Sequence record: NC_041994.1
Length of the DNA stretch: 64,000 nt
Reading direction: 5' to 3' (one strand)
Made by a program: the position numbers and the translations under genes. Position 1 is the first letter of the stretch. Every line of letters starts with the position of its first letter. The notes beneath the pieces were generated by a model. That model worked only from the letters and a program-made list of their open reading frames with translations. It did not search any database and had not been told where the DNA came from. Shown here piece by piece: positions 61,801 to 64,000 of the stretch.

Positions 61801-64000
61801 GCTACTGGTAAGAGCTTCAACGTTACCGGCGGTATGTTCAAGATCGGTCTGGCTGTTGCCCGTAAAACGGCAATGATCATCGGCAAGAAACTGAACATGC
61901 TCGATGCGTACCTGCCGCAAGGCGAGGGTATGGGTCAGCCGATTCTGTTGGCGTCCAAGCTCAAGCGTGGCGAATACTACAGTCCTGATGGTAAGGTACT
62001 GAAGTCCTTTGACGATCTACGAGACGGGGTTTATTCCGCTGACGGTAACATGCTGGTTGATCCAGAAGACATCGCCAAGCTGGTAAACCGTGATGGCTCT
62101 AAGCACACCGCTGCTAAGCGTCGTGGCTTCCTGCGCAAACTCGGCAAGAAGATTCTCGGTGCTCCGATGACAGGTGCGAAAGCCCTCGGTCGGATGTGGT
62201 GGAAAGGGACCAAGGCCTACTACAAAGGCATGGGCAACATGATTGCCAAGAAGTTTGGCAAGGGTGTTGACAAAGCCGACAAATACAACGAAGGATGGCT
62301 CACCCCAACCGACGGTATCCTCGGTCAAATCCTCGGTGTGCTGGACAAGCGACTGCCGAAGGAAGAGGCTAAGGATGGTAGCTGGCAGAAGAAGCTTGAA
62401 GAAGCGGAAGCCGCAGCGAAAGCCAAGAAGGAAGGGAAGGGTCAGGCGAAGAAAGACAAACAGATGGCCGGTGGTGGTTTGCTGGCGGGTCTGAAGAACC
62501 TCTTCGGTAAAGGCAAGAAGGATGAGGAGGAAGAGGACTCTGGTACCAGCATCAATATCGACGGTGGTGGTGGCGGTGAAGAGGATGGTAAGAAGAAGCG
62601 CAAAGGTAAGAAGAAACCACCGGGTAAAATGCGTCGTGGGTGGAATAAGCTTGCCAATACCCGAGTAGGTAAAGGCGTCGGTCGCTTCGGCGGCAATGCC
62701 TTGATGCGTGGCGGTGGCACAGCTATGCGTGGCTTGGGTACCGCAGCCCGTTTGGGCGCTGGTGCGTTGATGGGTGGTGTAGAGCTCGGTGCGCTGGGTG
62801 GTCTGGCCAGTGGTGCTGCTACCATGGCGGGTACAGGCCTGTCGATGGCAGGTGGTGCACTGGCTACGGCAGGTACTGCGTTGCTCGGTGCGTTGGCGTC
62901 TCCTGTCGTACTGGGTGCGTTGGCCGTCGGTGCTGTGGCTGCTGGTGGTTATTGGCTGTGGAACCGTTCCAAGAAAGCGGGTGGTGAATTCCGCGATCTT
63001 CGGATGCTGCAATACGGTATTGACTCCACAGGTGATAAGCTCAAGATCCTGGAACTCGAAGCTTACCTCGAACCTTACACGACCAAGTCGAACGATCCTC
63101 AACTCAATATCAAATCTACCGATCCGAAGAAGATCTTCGAGATCCTGGACATCGATCCAAGCGAACCTGAAGAAGTAATTCGGATGGCGACCTGGATTGA
63201 CAAGCGCTTTAAGCCAGTGTACTGCACCTGGATGCGCGCAATGTTCAACCTCACGCCACATGGTACGCTTATCAACGAACTCGAAGATAAGCTGCCGGAC
63301 GAAGCCAAGTACGACTTCTTCACTTACGTGAAAGCCGTACCGACGCAAGTCTACGCTGAGATGGTCAACCCGCTTGATGAGGACCCACTGGAAGTCGATC
63401 CAGCCGACATCAACGAGATGGTCACTGAGCTCATCGACAAATACCGCGACAAAGCGAAGAAGAAGGACGAAGGCAAAACCGGCGATACCAAAACCGAAGG
63501 TGGTGTACAACCTAAAACCGCAGGTGGGGAAGATACCAAGGCGGTGAAGGAAGGCGAAGCCAAAGGGGAGATCAAAGGAGGTCTTTGGTCTGGGATCAAG
63601 GATGGACTGAAAAGTGTCATCCCGGGTCTGGGTATTGCGTCTGCTGTAGGTGGGTTGATCTCGAAAGCCAAGGAAGGTTGGCTGGGTGATCTCATGGGCA
63701 GTCTGTCCGGTGGTGCCAGCGTGCTGGCTTCTGCTGGATTGCTCGGTGGTCTGGTACTGACCAGTGCGGTGGCGATTGCCTCCGTATTTAAAGCCGACAA
63801 GCTGACCACACTGCAAGCAGTTCGTGTTCGCGCATACGGCAAGATGTCTCTGGACGAGAAAACCATCTCGGGCCTGTTTGAGTCTGAAGCCAAACTCTAC
63901 GAATGGATCAAGTTCACCTCGGATGGCCAAGCCTACTTCGACGGTAACTTGGACCTGCTCATCAACTCGATGGGTAAGATCTTCGGTGTTGACGTCACCG
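58891..64000 (+). CDS. Large tail protein, phiKZ gp181-like (partial, 3-prime end outside window)
   Basis: Absent from the ORF track because no stop is reached; the translated 5-prime part starts MAGKKK and contains QKKSLELQMRQY, LVHNTGLP, IVEVIPGYLARI; Gly/Ala-rich hydrophobic tract later. The catalytic domain is not visible in the window. Confidence 0.85.
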   Translation, partial: MAGKKKLSSSKSGPMLLGGLDLDDIDSLLDDGGGASKTGKRTPKESIRKLATATKSSLRDRVNTRSVLSSFIRTSLPDGYTRLLGLYDETKQGIESVADGIEETEFASLEKLAIKFENQLPKLKGKVSDAVYERIKAKIEDRKEDYKLRRQIDQAQAARKRGDYDEKSEQLGVDSMFAELEDAEDQAELAKAASDVEHNKLDYDVKKDGIRAKLDKTRFNMLNRRLGIIADAAQRNTAYNDTITYQFQKKSLELQMRQYLATRSMVKLQTDTLQLHREAYTALVHNTGLPEFMKATEAERIKWHLKEKARNPFKQLISKTAGDAANNFLPNLFNNIGTKAGGIVRGAGQAGEGGLGMILNRLMQNPEENGGAFLGDALASILHSTLIPMAARRARPGAQKLSDKLTGGADSRIAYTIDNLAALSQQFANDPTQSVGMKGKLQGLVKRFAPQFRQDDLVKTGTYQTIGESASFNQMTQRSIVEVIPGYLARILQETRMIRTGDDSIGREVYDITRGQFTQEKKAQDNLAKRIVGLGARRSIKWTLGNTSEKFGAGDGGLSPEAKHALEERLLRDAMEGRHFDPEAYVKVDGYAPGTDPAVLQELEGFFKKQFKFDASGKMEKDADNYRKRQSFSTEFNSLRDSVRSPIAEIERLLKSGNHTALRDLGIIKTVEGEDRIDYAVLRDMYRDLGDPNASGDPTPPPSPTGPLLSGLRKKLRQAADAAKKGGRRARKRAGELGDSARDALGGLNPNDLMDTGDIRDLVNRQRTTASDKVRAAKDKVSDLIIAGKDEVAIKAEEIMNGDLIDVTTQKVIKRVEDIKGEVVDITGRVRLTRADVAGGLIAANDGKVHDLLKHLPTQVPANVMAMLSQQKQTVGNLIRKENGVMSRVVDLYLEGANDPVIKAAGIRAGEYIDIASQKVIETIDDISGAVARVDKPEEVLFTAQEAAEKLVERSGKRFKSSKLLRALAWATGKSFNVTGGMFKIGLAVARKTAMIIGKKLNMLDAYLPQGEGMGQPILLASKLKRGEYYSPDGKVLKSFDDLRDGVYSADGNMLVDPEDIAKLVNRDGSKHTAAKRRGFLRKLGKKILGAPMTGAKALGRMWWKGTKAYYKGMGNMIAKKFGKGVDKADKYNEGWLTPTDGILGQILGVLDKRLPKEEAKDGSWQKKLEEAEAAAKAKKEGKGQAKKDKQMAGGGLLAGLKNLFGKGKKDEEEEDSGTSINIDGGGGGEEDGKKKRKGKKKPPGKMRRGWNKLANTRVGKGVGRFGGNALMRGGGTAMRGLGTAARLGAGALMGGVELGALGGLASGAATMAGTGLSMAGGALATAGTALLGALASPVVLGALAVGAVAAGGYWLWNRSKKAGGEFRDLRMLQYGIDSTGDKLKILELEAYLEPYTTKSNDPQLNIKSTDPKKIFEILDIDPSEPEEVIRMATWIDKRFKPVYCTWMRAMFNLTPHGTLINELEDKLPDEAKYDFFTYVKAVPTQVYAEMVNPLDEDPLEVDPADINEMVTELIDKYRDKAKKKDEGKTGDTKTEGGVQPKTAGGEDTKAVKEGEAKGEIKGGLWSGIKDGLKSVIPGLGIASAVGGLISKAKEGWLGDLMGSLSGGASVLASAGLLGGLVLTSAVAIASVFKADKLTTLQAVRVRAYGKMSLDEKTISGLFESEAKLYEWIKFTSDGQAYFDGNLDLLINSMGKIFGVDVT

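Overview
64 kb of a phiKZ-like (Chimalliviridae-type) jumbo phage genome, probably Pseudomonas-infecting; host and family are inferred from gene content. Left to right: tail adhesin and fibre genes, including a collagen-like fibre; a lysis cluster (modular muramidase, overlapping spanins, holin candidate); RuvC-like resolvase; baseplate protein; a 2OG-Fe(II) dioxygenase plus a degenerate paralogue; the gp130-135-like fibre family; the small virion-RNAP beta C-terminal subunit; RecA/UvsX; SbcC-like ATPase; central spike and PAAR; RNase H; inner-head proteins; an early cluster of small membrane proteins; prohead protease; virion RNAP beta and beta-prime; and the 5-prime part of a gp181-like tail protein. 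phiKZ gp numbers come from motif and synteny recall, not from a search. Best leads: (1) a dioxygenase/pseudo-enzyme pair in the fibre operon, near a GDK-collagen fibre; (2) three TTGAYT-17bp-TATATT promoters, each followed by a covarying 5-prime hairpin; (3) a second spanin-like pair; (4) a 38-bp frameshifting duplication; (5) a tandem adhesin array with a possible C-type-lectin-like fold. No tRNA, CRISPR array, integrase, reverse transcriptase, intron or intein was recognised.
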